Source: a virus
Lineage: Duplodnaviria; Caudoviricetes
Direction: 5' to 3' (one strand)
Virus record (IMG/VR): IMGVR_UViG_3300034175_000204
Coordinates: 1-52,382 of that record
DNA: 52,382 nucleotides
The notes beneath the pieces were generated by a model. That model did not search any database and was not told where the DNA came from. It saw only the letters and a list, made by a program, of their open reading frames with translations. This document shows positions 17,872 to 27,687 of the stretch, piece after piece (the first letter of the stretch is position 1; each line of letters opens with the position of its first letter). The position numbers and the translations under genes are program-made.

Positions 17872-18057
17872 ATGATCAACGTCGCCCACGCCCGCGCCGC
17901 CATCGAAGCGGCGCCCGGCGATATCGTCGGCCTGAGCAAGGGCCAGTTGGCCCAGCTGTTCGCCGAGCTGGAGATCGGCCAGCGAGCCCGGCAAGCGCTC
18001 ACCAACCTCAAGACCATGACTGCGGTCGCTGCCAGCTCTGCAGGGGCGCCGCAGTGA
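17872..18057 (+). CDS. Hypothetical protein
   Basis: Coupled to gam. Confidence 0.55.
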   Translation: MINVAHARAAIEAAPGDIVGLSKGQLAQLFAELEIGQRARQALTNLKTMTAVAASSAGAPQ

Positions 18058-18572
18058 CCAAGCTCCGCGTCAACGCACCGGTCGAACAGGCCACGCCCTT
18101 CCTGGAGCGATTCGGCGCGCTGATCGCCCAGATCGCGCTGGTGCAGGCTGCTCGCGACGAGCGCATCGCCAACGCCAACGCCGATGCAGACCGCGCACTG
18201 CAGCCTCTGCTCGACGAGGCGGCCACGATCAAGCTGCAGCTGGAGCCCTGGTGGTTGCGGATGGGCAGCACGCTGCTGACCGGCAAGCGCAAGTCGGTCG
18301 AACTCGGCGGGTGCATGATCGGCAGCAAGACGGCCAAGAGCAGGCTGGCGTTCGCTGGCGGTGATGACCTCGCGGCGCTCGCTGCGCTCAAGGACAGCCG
18401 GTGGTCGAAGGCGTACATTCGGGTGACCGAGGCGGTCGACAAGGTCGCAACAGCTGCTGGCCTGACGGGCAAGCATGCGGCGGGGCTCAAGGAGCTCGGG
18501 TTCTCGATGTCCCCGGCAGCCGAGATGTTCATTCTCGAGCCCGTGAAGCAGAGCGGGACGCTGGCAGGCTGA
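18054..18572 (+). CDS. gam: Mu Gam-family host-nuclease inhibitor
   Basis: Coiled N-terminus, LLTGKRKSVELGGCMIG, E.VDK, E.F.LEP. Confidence 0.75.
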   Translation: MTKLRVNAPVEQATPFLERFGALIAQIALVQAARDERIANANADADRALQPLLDEAATIKLQLEPWWLRMGSTLLTGKRKSVELGGCMIGSKTAKSRLAFAGGDDLAALAALKDSRWSKAYIRVTEAVDKVATAAGLTGKHAAGLKELGFSMSPAAEMFILEPVKQSGTLAG

Positions 18573-18796
18573 TGCAACTCCGGCATGTCCACATGGCCGC
18601 GCGGGCGGTCACCGAGCGCAACACGCTCATCGAGCAACGCGACAAGGCGACGCTCGGTGTGACGATCAACAGCAAGTACCAGGACGAGCTCATGCTCGAG
18701 CTGGTCCGGCCGGTGGTCGCGGCCGAGCTGACCCGCCGCATAGGTGAGATCGAGGCGGACCTCCGCCAATGGGGCGTCGAGGTGCCCGTCGCCTGA
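18572..18796 (+). CDS. Hypothetical protein
   Basis: Coupled ORF. Confidence 0.55.
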   Translation: MQLRHVHMAARAVTERNTLIEQRDKATLGVTINSKYQDELMLELVRPVVAAELTRRIGEIEADLRQWGVEVPVA

Positions 18797-18826
18797 CCGG
18801 CGGACCCACGCACCCCCCCCACCCTT

Positions 18827-18869
18827 GGGTCCTTCCGGGCCGCCCTGCGCTGCGGGGCTCAGAGGCGCA
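18827..18869 (+). other. Putative cos site (cosQ GGGTCCT plus cosN-like TGCG-GGGCTCAGAGG-CGCA)
   Basis: Exact lambda cosQ heptamer followed by a dyad, just upstream of terS. Confidence 0.55.
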
Positions 18870-18925
18870 CTTCCGCGCTAGCTCCAGGCAATTTCGTCAC
18901 TTCATCATCATGGGGGGCGGAACAC

Positions 18926-19546
18926 ATGGATTTGGCGGGATACAGACCGACGCTGAGTGAAGTGGCGGCGCTCTTCGGCAAGTCGTCGCGCTGGATATCC
19001 GACCTGCGTGCCAAGGGTGAACTGCCCGGAGATGGTGGTTCGCTCGGCGAGTTCGTCGCGGCCTGGACGAGCCTGTCGGCGGGGTCCAGCGGCGGCAAGT
19101 CGATCGATCAGCACAAGGCGCGGCTCGCCGCGGCGAAGGCCGACCAGGCGGAGATGAAGAACGCGCAGACGCGCAGCGAACTGTTGCCGCGCACGCTGGT
19201 GACGCTTGCGGTCCAGAGCGCCTTCGCCCGGGTTCGCTCCAAGCTGCTCGCGATGCCGAGCCGGTGCGCCCCGCAGATCGTGTCGATGAAGTCGGCGGTC
19301 GCGATCGAGGCGAAGCTGACGGAGCTCGTCCATGAAGCGCTTGCCGAACTCGCGGCCACGACGGTCGGGGTTGAAGAAGCGGGCGCTGATCGCGGTAATC
19401 GCGATGCACCTGGTGGCGAGCCAGGAGCTGGCGGCGACGGCGACGGACTGGTGGCCGGTGATGACACCGCCGCCGCGGCTGACCGTGAGCCAGTGGGCGG
19501 ACGGGAACAGGATCCTAAGCCCGGAAGGCGCCGCCGAACCGGGTAA
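18926..19546 (+). CDS. terS: Terminase small subunit (Nu1-like)
   Basis: N-terminal wHTH, KARLAAAKADQAEMKN..EL, RSKLLAMP. Confidence 0.8.
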   Translation: MDLAGYRPTLSEVAALFGKSSRWISDLRAKGELPGDGGSLGEFVAAWTSLSAGSSGGKSIDQHKARLAAAKADQAEMKNAQTRSELLPRTLVTLAVQSAFARVRSKLLAMPSRCAPQIVSMKSAVAIEAKLTELVHEALAELAATTVGVEEAGADRGNRDAPGGEPGAGGDGDGLVAGDDTAAAADREPVGGREQDPKPGRRRRTG

Positions 19547-21377
19547 GTGGGATACCTCCCGCGCTGAGTATCAGCGCGGGATCATGGACGCGGTCGCCGA
19601 GCCGCTGAATGACGAAGTTGTCGTGATGAAGTCCGCCCAGGTCGGGTGGACCGAGATCATCGGCAACATTGTCGGCTATTTCGTCGACCAGGACCCGGCA
19701 TCGATCCTGGTCGTCCAGCCGACGCTCGACATGGCGGAGGCTTGGTCGAAGGACCGGCTGGCCCCGATGGTGCGCGACACCGCGTGTCTTACGAAGAAGA
19801 TCTCGGACGCCAAGTCGCGCGACAGCGGCAACACCGTCCTGCACAAGAAGTTCGCCGGCGGGCAGCTGACGATCGCCGGGGCGAACAGCCCGGCTAGCCT
19901 CGCGTCGCGGCCGATCCGTGTCGTGCTTGCGGACGAAGTCGGGCGCTACCCGGCGTCGGCTGGGACCGAGGGCGACCCGCTCACGCTGGCGTACAAGCGG
20001 ACGAACAATTTCTGGAACCGCCGCAAGCTGGCGGGGTCGACGCCGGGGATCGCGGGCGTCTGCCGGATCGAGGCGAAATACCTCGAGAGCGACCAGCGCC
20101 GCTTCTTCGTGCCATGCCACGCCTGCGGCGCGGTCCAGGTGCTCCGCTGGGACCGGGTTCGCTGGGAGAAGACGAAGGCCGGCGCACACCGGCCAGAGAC
20201 GGCGCGGTATCATTGCGAGCATTGCGAGGAGCCCTGGGACGACGCCGATCGCGGCGGCGCAGTTCGTCTAGGCGAGTGGCGTGCCACCGCACCGTTCAAG
20301 GGGATCGCGGGCTTCCACGTCTGGGAGGCCTATTCGCCCTGGGTAAAGCTCGGCGACACGGTGAAGGCATTCCTCGAAGCGAGGAAGTCGCCGGAGACGC
20401 ACAAGGTCTGGGTCAATACCGCGCTCGGCGAGACCTGGGTCGAAAAGGGCGAGGCGCCCGACTGGCAGCGGCTGTACGACCGGCGGGAGACGAGCATGGC
20501 GCTCGGGACACCACCGGACTGGGCGGCGCTGCTGGTCGCCTCGTGCGACGTGCAGCGCGGCGGCGGCGGGCGCATCGAGTGCGACATCTGGGCGTTCGGG
20601 GCCGGCCGCAAGCGGGCGCTGGTCGAGCATATCGAGATCGACGGTGCAATCGCCGAGGCGGTCACCTGGGCGCAGCTGGACACGGTGGTCGCGCGCGACT
20701 GGATCACGGCCGACGGCCGATCGCTGAAGCTGACCCGGGTCGGGGTCGATTCGGGCGATGGCGAGAACACCATGCACGTCTATGCCTGGTGCCGTCGCCA
20801 CACGGGCCTGGCGATGGCGCTGAAGGGGCGGGACACGCTGTCGGCGGCGCAGGCGATCGCCGGGCCGACCTGGGTCGACGTGACGCTCGCGGGGCGCAAG
20901 CTCCGCAAGGGCGTGCGGCTCTGGACGGTCGGCACGTCGATGCTGAAGACCGAGATCTACGGCGACCTGCAGCTGGAGCGCCCGGTCGACGGGGAGAGCT
21001 TTCCAGACGGTTACATCTTCCTGCCGGACGGCACGTCAGACGAGTGGGTCAAGCAGCTGGTCGCGGAGCAGCTGATCCTGGTGCGGAACAAGCGGACCGG
21101 GCGCACCCGACGCGAGTGGCAGCAGACGCGGCCGCGCAACGAAGCGCTCGACAATGCGGTGTACGCGCGGGCGATCGCGATCAGCCTGGGCGTCGACCGG
21201 TGGACCGAGGCGAAATGGGCGCAATTGCTCGGGGCGCGGCGGGTGGCGGCCGCGAGGCCGGTGCGGGTCCAACCGGAACCAGCCGAAGTGGTGGCGGCCG
21301 AAGCGGCGACCGCGGCCTCGGCCGCAAAGATCAATCGACTGACGGGCCGCGCACGCGGCTCGTTCCTGAGGAGGTAG
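19404..21377 (+). CDS. terL: Terminase large subunit (lambda gpA family); start approximate
   Basis: PPRLTVSQWAD, KSAQVGWTE, LADEV, STP, SDQRRFFVPC, RNEALD. Confidence 0.95.
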   Translation: MHLVASQELAATATDWWPVMTPPPRLTVSQWADGNRILSPEGAAEPGKWDTSRAEYQRGIMDAVAEPLNDEVVVMKSAQVGWTEIIGNIVGYFVDQDPASILVVQPTLDMAEAWSKDRLAPMVRDTACLTKKISDAKSRDSGNTVLHKKFAGGQLTIAGANSPASLASRPIRVVLADEVGRYPASAGTEGDPLTLAYKRTNNFWNRRKLAGSTPGIAGVCRIEAKYLESDQRRFFVPCHACGAVQVLRWDRVRWEKTKAGAHRPETARYHCEHCEEPWDDADRGGAVRLGEWRATAPFKGIAGFHVWEAYSPWVKLGDTVKAFLEARKSPETHKVWVNTALGETWVEKGEAPDWQRLYDRRETSMALGTPPDWAALLVASCDVQRGGGGRIECDIWAFGAGRKRALVEHIEIDGAIAEAVTWAQLDTVVARDWITADGRSLKLTRVGVDSGDGENTMHVYAWCRRHTGLAMALKGRDTLSAAQAIAGPTWVDVTLAGRKLRKGVRLWTVGTSMLKTEIYGDLQLERPVDGESFPDGYIFLPDGTSDEWVKQLVAEQLILVRNKRTGRTRREWQQTRPRNEALDNAVYARAIAISLGVDRWTEAKWAQLLGARRVAAARPVRVQPEPAEVVAAEAATAASAAKINRLTGRARGSFLRR

Positions 21378-21378
21378 C

Positions 21379-21597
21379 ATGGCGACCTACACCGCTGCCG
21401 ACCTCGCCAAGATCCGCGCGTGCATCGCCTCTGGCGTCATGCGCACCCGCTTCGCCGACGGCCGGGAAGTGGCATACCAGAGCCTGGACCAGTTGCTCGC
21501 GGCCGAGAAGGTGATCGCGGCGCAGGTCGAGGTCGCCGCGACAGCGACCAGCGGCATCGTCCGGCGCAAGTTCGGCGCGTTCCGGAGCGGGTGCTGA
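21379..21597 (+). CDS. gpW-like head-tail joining protein
   Basis: IASGV...FADGREVAYQSLDQL; between terL and portal. Confidence 0.8.
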   Translation: MATYTAADLAKIRACIASGVMRTRFADGREVAYQSLDQLLAAEKVIAAQVEVAATATSGIVRRKFGAFRSGC

Positions 21598-23069
21598 TGG
21601 CCAAGCGACCGCTGCTCGACCGCGCGATCGGCGCGCTCGCTCCAGGCTGGGCGCTCGAGCGCGAGCGCGCTCGCTTCAAGCTGACCCGGGTGGAGAAGGC
21701 GCGCGCCGAATATGACGGGGCGACGAAGGGGCGGCGCGCCGAGGGCTGGCGGCGACGCGGGACCGACGCCAACAGCGAGATCGGCCGCGCCCAGAAGACG
21801 CTGCGGGATACCGCGCGCGATATGGTGCGGAACAACGGCTACGCCTCGCGCGCCGTTGCGGTGCTGGCGGCGAACACGATCGGCACCGGCATCACCTTTC
21901 AGGTGAAGCGTAACGGCAAGGTCGACGAGCGGCTGCAGGCGATTGCCAAGGCGCACCTCGAGTCGACCGCCATCGATGCGGACGGCCGCAGCGACCTCTA
22001 CGGGCTGCAGCTGATCGCCTTCCGCGCGGTGGTCGAGAGCGGGGCGGCGATCGTGCGGTATCGCCAGCGCCGGACGTCGGACGGGCTGACGCTGCCGTTC
22101 CAGCTCCAGGTTCTGGAGCCGGATTACCTGGACGATCGAAAGCACGGCAAGACGTCGGGCGGATCGTATATCTACGGGGTCGAGTTCGACGGGATCGGGC
22201 GCCGGAACGCCTATTGGCTCTTCACCGACCACCCGGGTAGCTCGATCGCCACGACAATCGGATCGAAGCCGACGCCGGCGCGCGACGTCATCCACGTGTT
22301 TCGCGGCGACCGGCCTGGTCAGCAGCACGGCGTCACCTGGTTCGCGCCAGTCATCCTGCGCGCGCGGGACTTCGCGGACTTCGAGGATGCGGAACTCATC
22401 CGGCAGAAGCTCGCTGCCTGCCACGTAGGCGTCGTCCACGGCGAGACCGACGCGGAGGTCGGCAGCGAGCCGTTCGATGTCATGGAGCCGGGCGCGATCT
22501 GGCACGCGCCGGACGGGCGCGACGTCACCTTCAACTCGCCGCCGCAGAACAACAGCTACGGCGAGTTCACCAAGGTTTCGCTGCGGGCGATGTCGGTTGG
22601 CATGAACGTGGCGGCGCACTCGCTGACCGGCGATCTCTCCGACCTCAACTTCTCCTCCGGCCGGCTCGGCTGGCAAGACGACCAGCGCCAGATCAACAGC
22701 TGGCAGTGGCAGATGTTCATGCCGCAGTTTTGCGGCGGCGTCGGCGGCTGGCTGATCCGCAATTTCGAGCTGACGGGCGAGAATGTCGACGGCGTCACCG
22801 TGGACTGGACGCCGCCACGCCGCGAGATGCTCAACCCGCCCGAGGACGTCAAGGCGAACCGCGACGCGATCCGCTCCGGCCAGAAGAGCTGGAGCCAGGT
22901 CATTCGCGAGGGCGGCGACGATCCGGACCAGGTGGCGGCCGAACTGGCGGGCGATCTCGAACGCTTCGACGAGCTCGGGCTCATCCTCGACTGCGACCCG
23001 CGCCGGGTGACCTCGGTCGGCAATCCGACCGATCCGACCGGCGGCGACGCCTCCAACAAGGACGCCTGA
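21597..23069 (+). CDS. Lambda-family portal protein
   Basis: ARDMVRNN, QLQVLEPDYL, GVEFD, RPGQ, LTGDLS..NFSSGR. Confidence 0.95.
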   Translation: MAKRPLLDRAIGALAPGWALERERARFKLTRVEKARAEYDGATKGRRAEGWRRRGTDANSEIGRAQKTLRDTARDMVRNNGYASRAVAVLAANTIGTGITFQVKRNGKVDERLQAIAKAHLESTAIDADGRSDLYGLQLIAFRAVVESGAAIVRYRQRRTSDGLTLPFQLQVLEPDYLDDRKHGKTSGGSYIYGVEFDGIGRRNAYWLFTDHPGSSIATTIGSKPTPARDVIHVFRGDRPGQQHGVTWFAPVILRARDFADFEDAELIRQKLAACHVGVVHGETDAEVGSEPFDVMEPGAIWHAPDGRDVTFNSPPQNNSYGEFTKVSLRAMSVGMNVAAHSLTGDLSDLNFSSGRLGWQDDQRQINSWQWQMFMPQFCGGVGGWLIRNFELTGENVDGVTVDWTPPRREMLNPPEDVKANRDAIRSGQKSWSQVIREGGDDPDQVAAELAGDLERFDELGLILDCDPRRVTSVGNPTDPTGGDASNKDA

Positions 23070-25133
23070 ATGGCTGAACTCCTGATCTACGGGATCGTCG
23101 GCGACAGCTGGGACGGTCTCGACGCGGCGACGCTCGTGCCCGCGATCGCGGCGGTCGACGGCGACCTCGACGTACGCATCAACTCGCCGGGCGGTTACGT
23201 CATGGACGGGCTGGCGATCGTCAACGCGCTCGCACGGCACAAGGCGAAGGGTCATAAGGTCACCTGCCACGTCGACGGGCTTGCCGCGTCGATGGCGTCC
23301 GTGCTCGCCGTCGTCGGCACCGACGTCGTCATGGCCGACAACGCGCTGATGATGATCCACAACCCGTGGACCTGCGCGTGCGGCGACGCCGCCGAGCTGC
23401 GCCAGGAGGCCGACAAGCTCGACCTGCTGCGCGACCAGATCGTCAAGCTCTACACCGCGCGAACAGGTCTGACGGCCGAACAGCTGCAGCCGATGCTCGA
23501 GGCCGAGACCTGGCTGACGTCGGAGCAAGCGCTCGCGCAGAAGTTCGTAACCGCGATCGCGCAGGCGCTGCCGGCGGTCGCCGCCTCGTTCGTGAAGCCC
23601 TTCGGGTTCCGCAAGGCCCCCGAGACCCCGTTGATCTCGCCGGTGGCGATGTCGCGGACCCCCAGGACGGCCGACGCCGCTCCGCCCACTCGCCAGGAGA
23701 ATTCCATGTCCCAGGAAACCCCGGGCGGCGGCAATCCGACGCCGCCGACCACGCCGACCTCGCCGACCAACGCGCCCGACGCCCAGGCAATCGCCACCCA
23801 GGCCGTCGCAGCGGAGCGCACGCGCGCTGCCAGCATCCGGACGGCCGTGAACAAGGCGGGTCTGCGCACCGATTTCGCCGAGGAGATGGTCAATGCCGGC
23901 ACCTCGATCGAGGATGCGCGCGCCAAGATCATCGACAAGCTGGCGGACGCGAATGACGCGACCACTCCGCGCAACCAGGCGCCGATCGCGGTCGGCACCG
24001 AGGCGCGCGAGAAGATGCTCGTCGGCGCGCGCAACGCGCTTCTCGCCCGCGCCGGGCTGACTGGCCTGGTCGCGGCGGCGGCGTCGAAGAAGAAGGAGAC
24101 GATCGACCTGGATCCCGGCGAGTTCCGCGGCATCCGCAACGTCGAGCTCGCACGCATGTCGCTGGAGATGGCGGGGATCTCGTGCCGGAGCTATGACCGC
24201 GACAAGATCGTCGGGGATGCACTGACCGCGCGCAACGCGATCACGCAGACGACCAGCGACTTCCCGCTGCTGCTCGAGAACGTGATGCACAAGGTGCTGC
24301 AGGCCGCCTATGCGCTGGCGCCCGACACCTGGTCGCGCGTCTGCGGCATCGGCTCGGTGAACGATTTCCGCCCGCACAACCGCTATCTGCGGGGCACGTT
24401 CGGCGCGCTCGACCGGGTCAACGAGGCCGGCGAGTTCAAGAACAAGCCGATTCCGGACGCCGCCAAGGAGCTGATCTCGGCGCTGACGAAGGGCAACATC
24501 ATCGCGCTTTCGCGCCAGGCGATCGTGAACGACGACATGGACGCCTTCTCGGGGCTGACCGTCGACCTCGGCCGCGCGGCGAAGCTGTCGATCGAGATCG
24601 ACTTCTACGCGCTGCTGGCGCTCAACGCGGGGCTGGGCCCGGTGATGAACGACGGCAAGACGTTCTTCCATGCGGATCATGGCAATATCGCGGTCGCCGG
24701 GGCACCTTCGGTCGCGGCGTTCGACGCACTTCGCGTTCTGATGGCACGTCAGAAGGACGTGAGCGGCAACGAGTTCCTCGACATCCGGCCGGCCGTCGGC
24801 CTGTTCCCCGTCGAGTTGGGCGGCGCCGCGCGCACGATCAACGACGCGCAGTATGACCCCGACACGGTCAACAAGCTGCAGCGGCCGAACATGGTGCGCG
24901 GCATGTTCTCCGACATCGTCGACACGCCGCGGCTTTCCGGGGCGCCCTGGTACGGCTTTGCCGACCCGGACGTCGCGCCAGCGGTCGAGGTCGTGTTCCT
25001 CAACGGGGAGCAGGAGCCGTTCCTGGACACGCAGGAGGGCTGGCGCGTCGACGGGACCGAGATGAAGGTCCGCCATGATTACGGCGTCGGCGCGGTCAAC
25101 TCGCGCTCCGCCGCGCGCAACGCGGGCGGGTAA
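23070..25133 (+). CDS. ClpP-like prohead protease/major capsid fusion
   Basis: INSPGG, GLAASMAS, MIHNPW; TTSDFP.LL, SRQAIVNDD. Confidence 0.92.
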   Translation: MAELLIYGIVGDSWDGLDAATLVPAIAAVDGDLDVRINSPGGYVMDGLAIVNALARHKAKGHKVTCHVDGLAASMASVLAVVGTDVVMADNALMMIHNPWTCACGDAAELRQEADKLDLLRDQIVKLYTARTGLTAEQLQPMLEAETWLTSEQALAQKFVTAIAQALPAVAASFVKPFGFRKAPETPLISPVAMSRTPRTADAAPPTRQENSMSQETPGGGNPTPPTTPTSPTNAPDAQAIATQAVAAERTRAASIRTAVNKAGLRTDFAEEMVNAGTSIEDARAKIIDKLADANDATTPRNQAPIAVGTEAREKMLVGARNALLARAGLTGLVAAAASKKKETIDLDPGEFRGIRNVELARMSLEMAGISCRSYDRDKIVGDALTARNAITQTTSDFPLLLENVMHKVLQAAYALAPDTWSRVCGIGSVNDFRPHNRYLRGTFGALDRVNEAGEFKNKPIPDAAKELISALTKGNIIALSRQAIVNDDMDAFSGLTVDLGRAAKLSIEIDFYALLALNAGLGPVMNDGKTFFHADHGNIAVAGAPSVAAFDALRVLMARQKDVSGNEFLDIRPAVGLFPVELGGAARTINDAQYDPDTVNKLQRPNMVRGMFSDIVDTPRLSGAPWYGFADPDVAPAVEVVFLNGEQEPFLDTQEGWRVDGTEMKVRHDYGVGAVNSRSAARNAGG

Positions 25134-25160
25134 CCTCCACCATCACCATCATCCTGACGA

Positions 25161-25184
25161 ACGGGCGGCCGATGTGCCGCCCGT
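25161..25184 (+). terminator. Hairpin after the capsid gene (terminator or mRNA stabiliser)
   Basis: ACGGGCGGC-N6-GCCGCCCGT. Confidence 0.45.
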
Positions 25185-25205
25185 CGTCGTTTCGGGAGCA
25201 CGACC

Positions 25206-25544
25206 ATGAACAATTTCATCCATCCGGGCGAGGTCAACACCTACACCGCGCCCTATGCCGTCGCCTCCGGTGGCGGGTTTCAGGTGGGCAGCGACTTCGC
25301 GGTCGCCGCCGGCGCCGCGGCTCAGGGAGCGGCGGTCGAGGGTCGCGTCGTGGGCGTCTTCGACCTGCCCAAGAGCACGGCGGGGGGCTCGGGCGGAGCA
25401 CAGGGGCTGAAGGTCTATTGGGACAATGCGGCCAAGCTGGTGACCAAGACGGCGGCGGCCAACCTGCTGATCGGCACGCTGCGGCGTGACGCCGCCGATG
25501 CCGACCTGACGTTCCGGGTTCGGGTGACCGGGCAGGTTTCCTGA
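25206..25544 (+). CDS. DUF2190 capsid cement/decoration protein
   Basis: MNNFIHPG...TAPYAVASG...GVFDLPK...KVYWD. Confidence 0.85.
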   Translation: MNNFIHPGEVNTYTAPYAVASGGGFQVGSDFAVAAGAAAQGAAVEGRVVGVFDLPKSTAGGSGGAQGLKVYWDNAAKLVTKTAAANLLIGTLRRDAADADLTFRVRVTGQVS

Positions 25545-25575
25545 TCCACCAACCGGTCGCGGCGGGAGGAAGAGC

Positions 25576-25890
25576 ATGAGCGATCCTTTCGCCGCGGCGA
25601 TGGACGCGATGTTCCAGGCGCCTGGTTCGGAGAACGCGACGTACATCCCGTCCTCCGGCCCGGCGGTGCCGATCCGCGTGATCCGCAGCCGTCCGGATGG
25701 CCTCGCGCGGTTCGGTGACGCGCTGATCCTGCCGGCCGCAGATGCGTTCGAGATCCGGCGCTCGGACGTCGCGGCGCCCGCGGTCGGTGACGTCGTGGCG
25801 ATCGCCGCGGGTGGCTTCGCAATCTCGATCGAGCCGATCGGCGACGTCGAAGGGCTCACCTGGACGTGCGGTGCGGAGCCGGTGACGTGA
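25576..25890 (+). CDS. Head-tail joining protein (FII-like)
   Basis: DPFAAA.DA.F...VIRSRPD...RSDV..P..GD. Confidence 0.7.
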   Translation: MSDPFAAAMDAMFQAPGSENATYIPSSGPAVPIRVIRSRPDGLARFGDALILPAADAFEIRRSDVAAPAVGDVVAIAAGGFAISIEPIGDVEGLTWTCGAEPVT

Positions 25891-26315
25891 CGACGAAGTT
25901 CGGGGCGTCGGGCTTCAAGGAGATGCAGGCGGCGCTCGCGCGGCTCGCAGCGGGGGTTCCTGAGGAGAAGCTGCGCGCAGCGCTCCGCGAGGGCGGCGAG
26001 TTGATCGCCGAGGAAGCGCGGCGACTCGTGCCGATCGACACCGGCCAGCTGCACGACAGCATCGCCGTCGTCGACGAGCGCGATATGCGCATCTACGGCA
26101 AGATCAATGGCGGCGACGTGTCGCTCTACGTCGGCCCGGTCGGATCGGCCGAGGACGGCGACGTCTTCTATGCGCGGTTCGTCGAGTTCGGCTCGCTCCG
26201 CAGCGAGGCGCAGCCGTTCATGCGTCCTGCGATCGCGGCGAAGCAGGCGGATGCGGAAAAGCTGGTCGCGGCGCGGCTGGCCGCGGACGTCGCGGACCTC
26301 GCGCGTGACGCTTAG
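25887..26315 (+). CDS. HK97 gp10-family neck protein
   Basis: PIDTGQLHDSI, FVEFG, AQPFMRPA. Confidence 0.85.
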   Translation: MTTKFGASGFKEMQAALARLAAGVPEEKLRAALREGGELIAEEARRLVPIDTGQLHDSIAVVDERDMRIYGKINGGDVSLYVGPVGSAEDGDVFYARFVEFGSLRSEAQPFMRPAIAAKQADAEKLVAARLAADVADLARDA

Positions 26316-26715
26316 CGCCGCGCTGAAGGCGCGACTTCTAGCAGGGGCCACGATTGCGGCCATCACGCAGGGTCGCGTTGGTCGGGGCAAGCAGCTGCAG
26401 GCCGTGCCCGCGATCACGCTGCAGATAATTGCCGATCCGCGGCCGCAGCACTTCAAAGGGTTCCAGCGGGTGCGCCCGACGTCGGTGCAGATCGATGTCT
26501 GGGCGGCGGACGAGGCCACCGCGGAGGTCCTTCGCGAACATGTCATCGCCGTGCTCGTACCGGCGGACGCATCGACCGACGTCCGTTTTCAGCGGGCAAT
26601 GATCACGAACATTCGCAGCGGTGCCGAGAGCCAGCAGGCCGCGCCCGGCCAGCGCATCCGCGCCGAGCTCCACCGCGAGTCGATCGACTTCATCTTCACG
26701 CACAACGGCACCTGA
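26305..26715 (+). CDS. Tail completion/terminator protein (DUF3168-like)
   Basis: ALKARLL, PAITLQII, VQIDVWA. Confidence 0.75.
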   Translation: MTLSAALKARLLAGATIAAITQGRVGRGKQLQAVPAITLQIIADPRPQHFKGFQRVRPTSVQIDVWAADEATAEVLREHVIAVLVPADASTDVRFQRAMITNIRSGAESQQAAPGQRIRAELHRESIDFIFTHNGT

Positions 26716-26725
26716 GGAGGCGCAC

Positions 26726-27193
26726 ATGGACGCAAACGGCAACAGCGAAGCACTGATTGGCCACGGCACCGGGTTCTTCCTGACCGTGGGCGGCACCAAG
26801 ATCGAAATCGATGAGGTGACCAAGGTTCCGTTCGCCGAGGAGATGGCGGACGATGTCGACGTCACGCACTTCAAATCTCCAAACAGGCGAAAGGAAACCC
26901 GGAACGGCCTCATTGAGCCTGGCTCGGACTCGCTGGAGCTGAACTACATCCCGGGGAGCCCTACGGACGTTGCAATCCGGACGGCGCACAACACCGGCGA
27001 GGTCTGCCCCTTTGAGACGTACCTCCCCGCACCGGATGACAAGTGGTGGAAGGTGAGCGGCTTCCTCATCGTGAAGTCGCGCGGGCGCAGCGTGGAGATC
27101 GGGGGCCGGATGCAGCAGAACGTCACCGTCCGCTTTACTGGTGATAGCGGCGAAGCCATCGCGACCGCGCAGCCTGTTTTGGGCGCCGATTGA
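26726..27193 (+). CDS. Major tail tube protein
   Basis: DVDVTHFKSP..KE...GLIEPG....LNYIPGS. Confidence 0.85.
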   Translation: MDANGNSEALIGHGTGFFLTVGGTKIEIDEVTKVPFAEEMADDVDVTHFKSPNRRKETRNGLIEPGSDSLELNYIPGSPTDVAIRTAHNTGEVCPFETYLPAPDDKWWKVSGFLIVKSRGRSVEIGGRMQQNVTVRFTGDSGEAIATAQPVLGAD

Positions 27194-27687
27194 TGATCGG
27201 CGAGCAGGTCTTCGACGCGGCCGGCCAGCGCTGGACGCTTTTCCTCGGCAACGCCGCCCAGTGTGCCGTCGAAGCGCATTACGACAAGGGGTTCTTCGCC
27301 GTCGTCAGCGACGCGATGCCCCACGTCGACGCGCAGACCGCAATGGCGGTTGCCCAGGCGATGTCCGCCGGCACGGATCTGCCGGCCGACGTCGCGGATC
27401 GGGCGGCGACGGCGATGCGCGGCATGCGGCTGTCGGTGCTCCGTGACCTGGCATATTACGGGCTGCAGCGCCGCCATCCGGGGACGCAATTGGGTGTCGT
27501 CAGCGACATCATCGATGAGCTGGGCCATGAGCGGTTCGGGGAGATCATCGGTGCCGCGATCGCGGCGGCACAGGGCAAGCGCGACGACGGGGAGGGGGGC
27601 GGCGATGCCGCCCCGGGAAAGTCCGCGACCCGCGCGAGCGGACGGACTGGGAAGCGCTCGTCCAGCAATGGGCGACGTTCGACCTAG
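27193..27687 (+). CDS. Tail assembly chaperone (gpG-like)
   Basis: Between tail tube and tape measure; carries the GGGAAAG slippery site. Confidence 0.75.
   Translation: MIGEQVFDAAGQRWTLFLGNAAQCAVEAHYDKGFFAVVSDAMPHVDAQTAMAVAQAMSAGTDLPADVADRAATAMRGMRLSVLRDLAYYGLQRRHPGTQLGVVSDIIDELGHERFGEIIGAAIAAAQGKRDDGEGGGDAAPGKSATRASGRTGKRSSSNGRRST

Noticed and set aside
21387-25076. 1229-aa minus-strand ORF, and similar long ORFs such as 28641-31277, 31735-34170 and 41939-44617
   Set aside because: Antisense shadows of clear phage genes, expected in high-GC DNA
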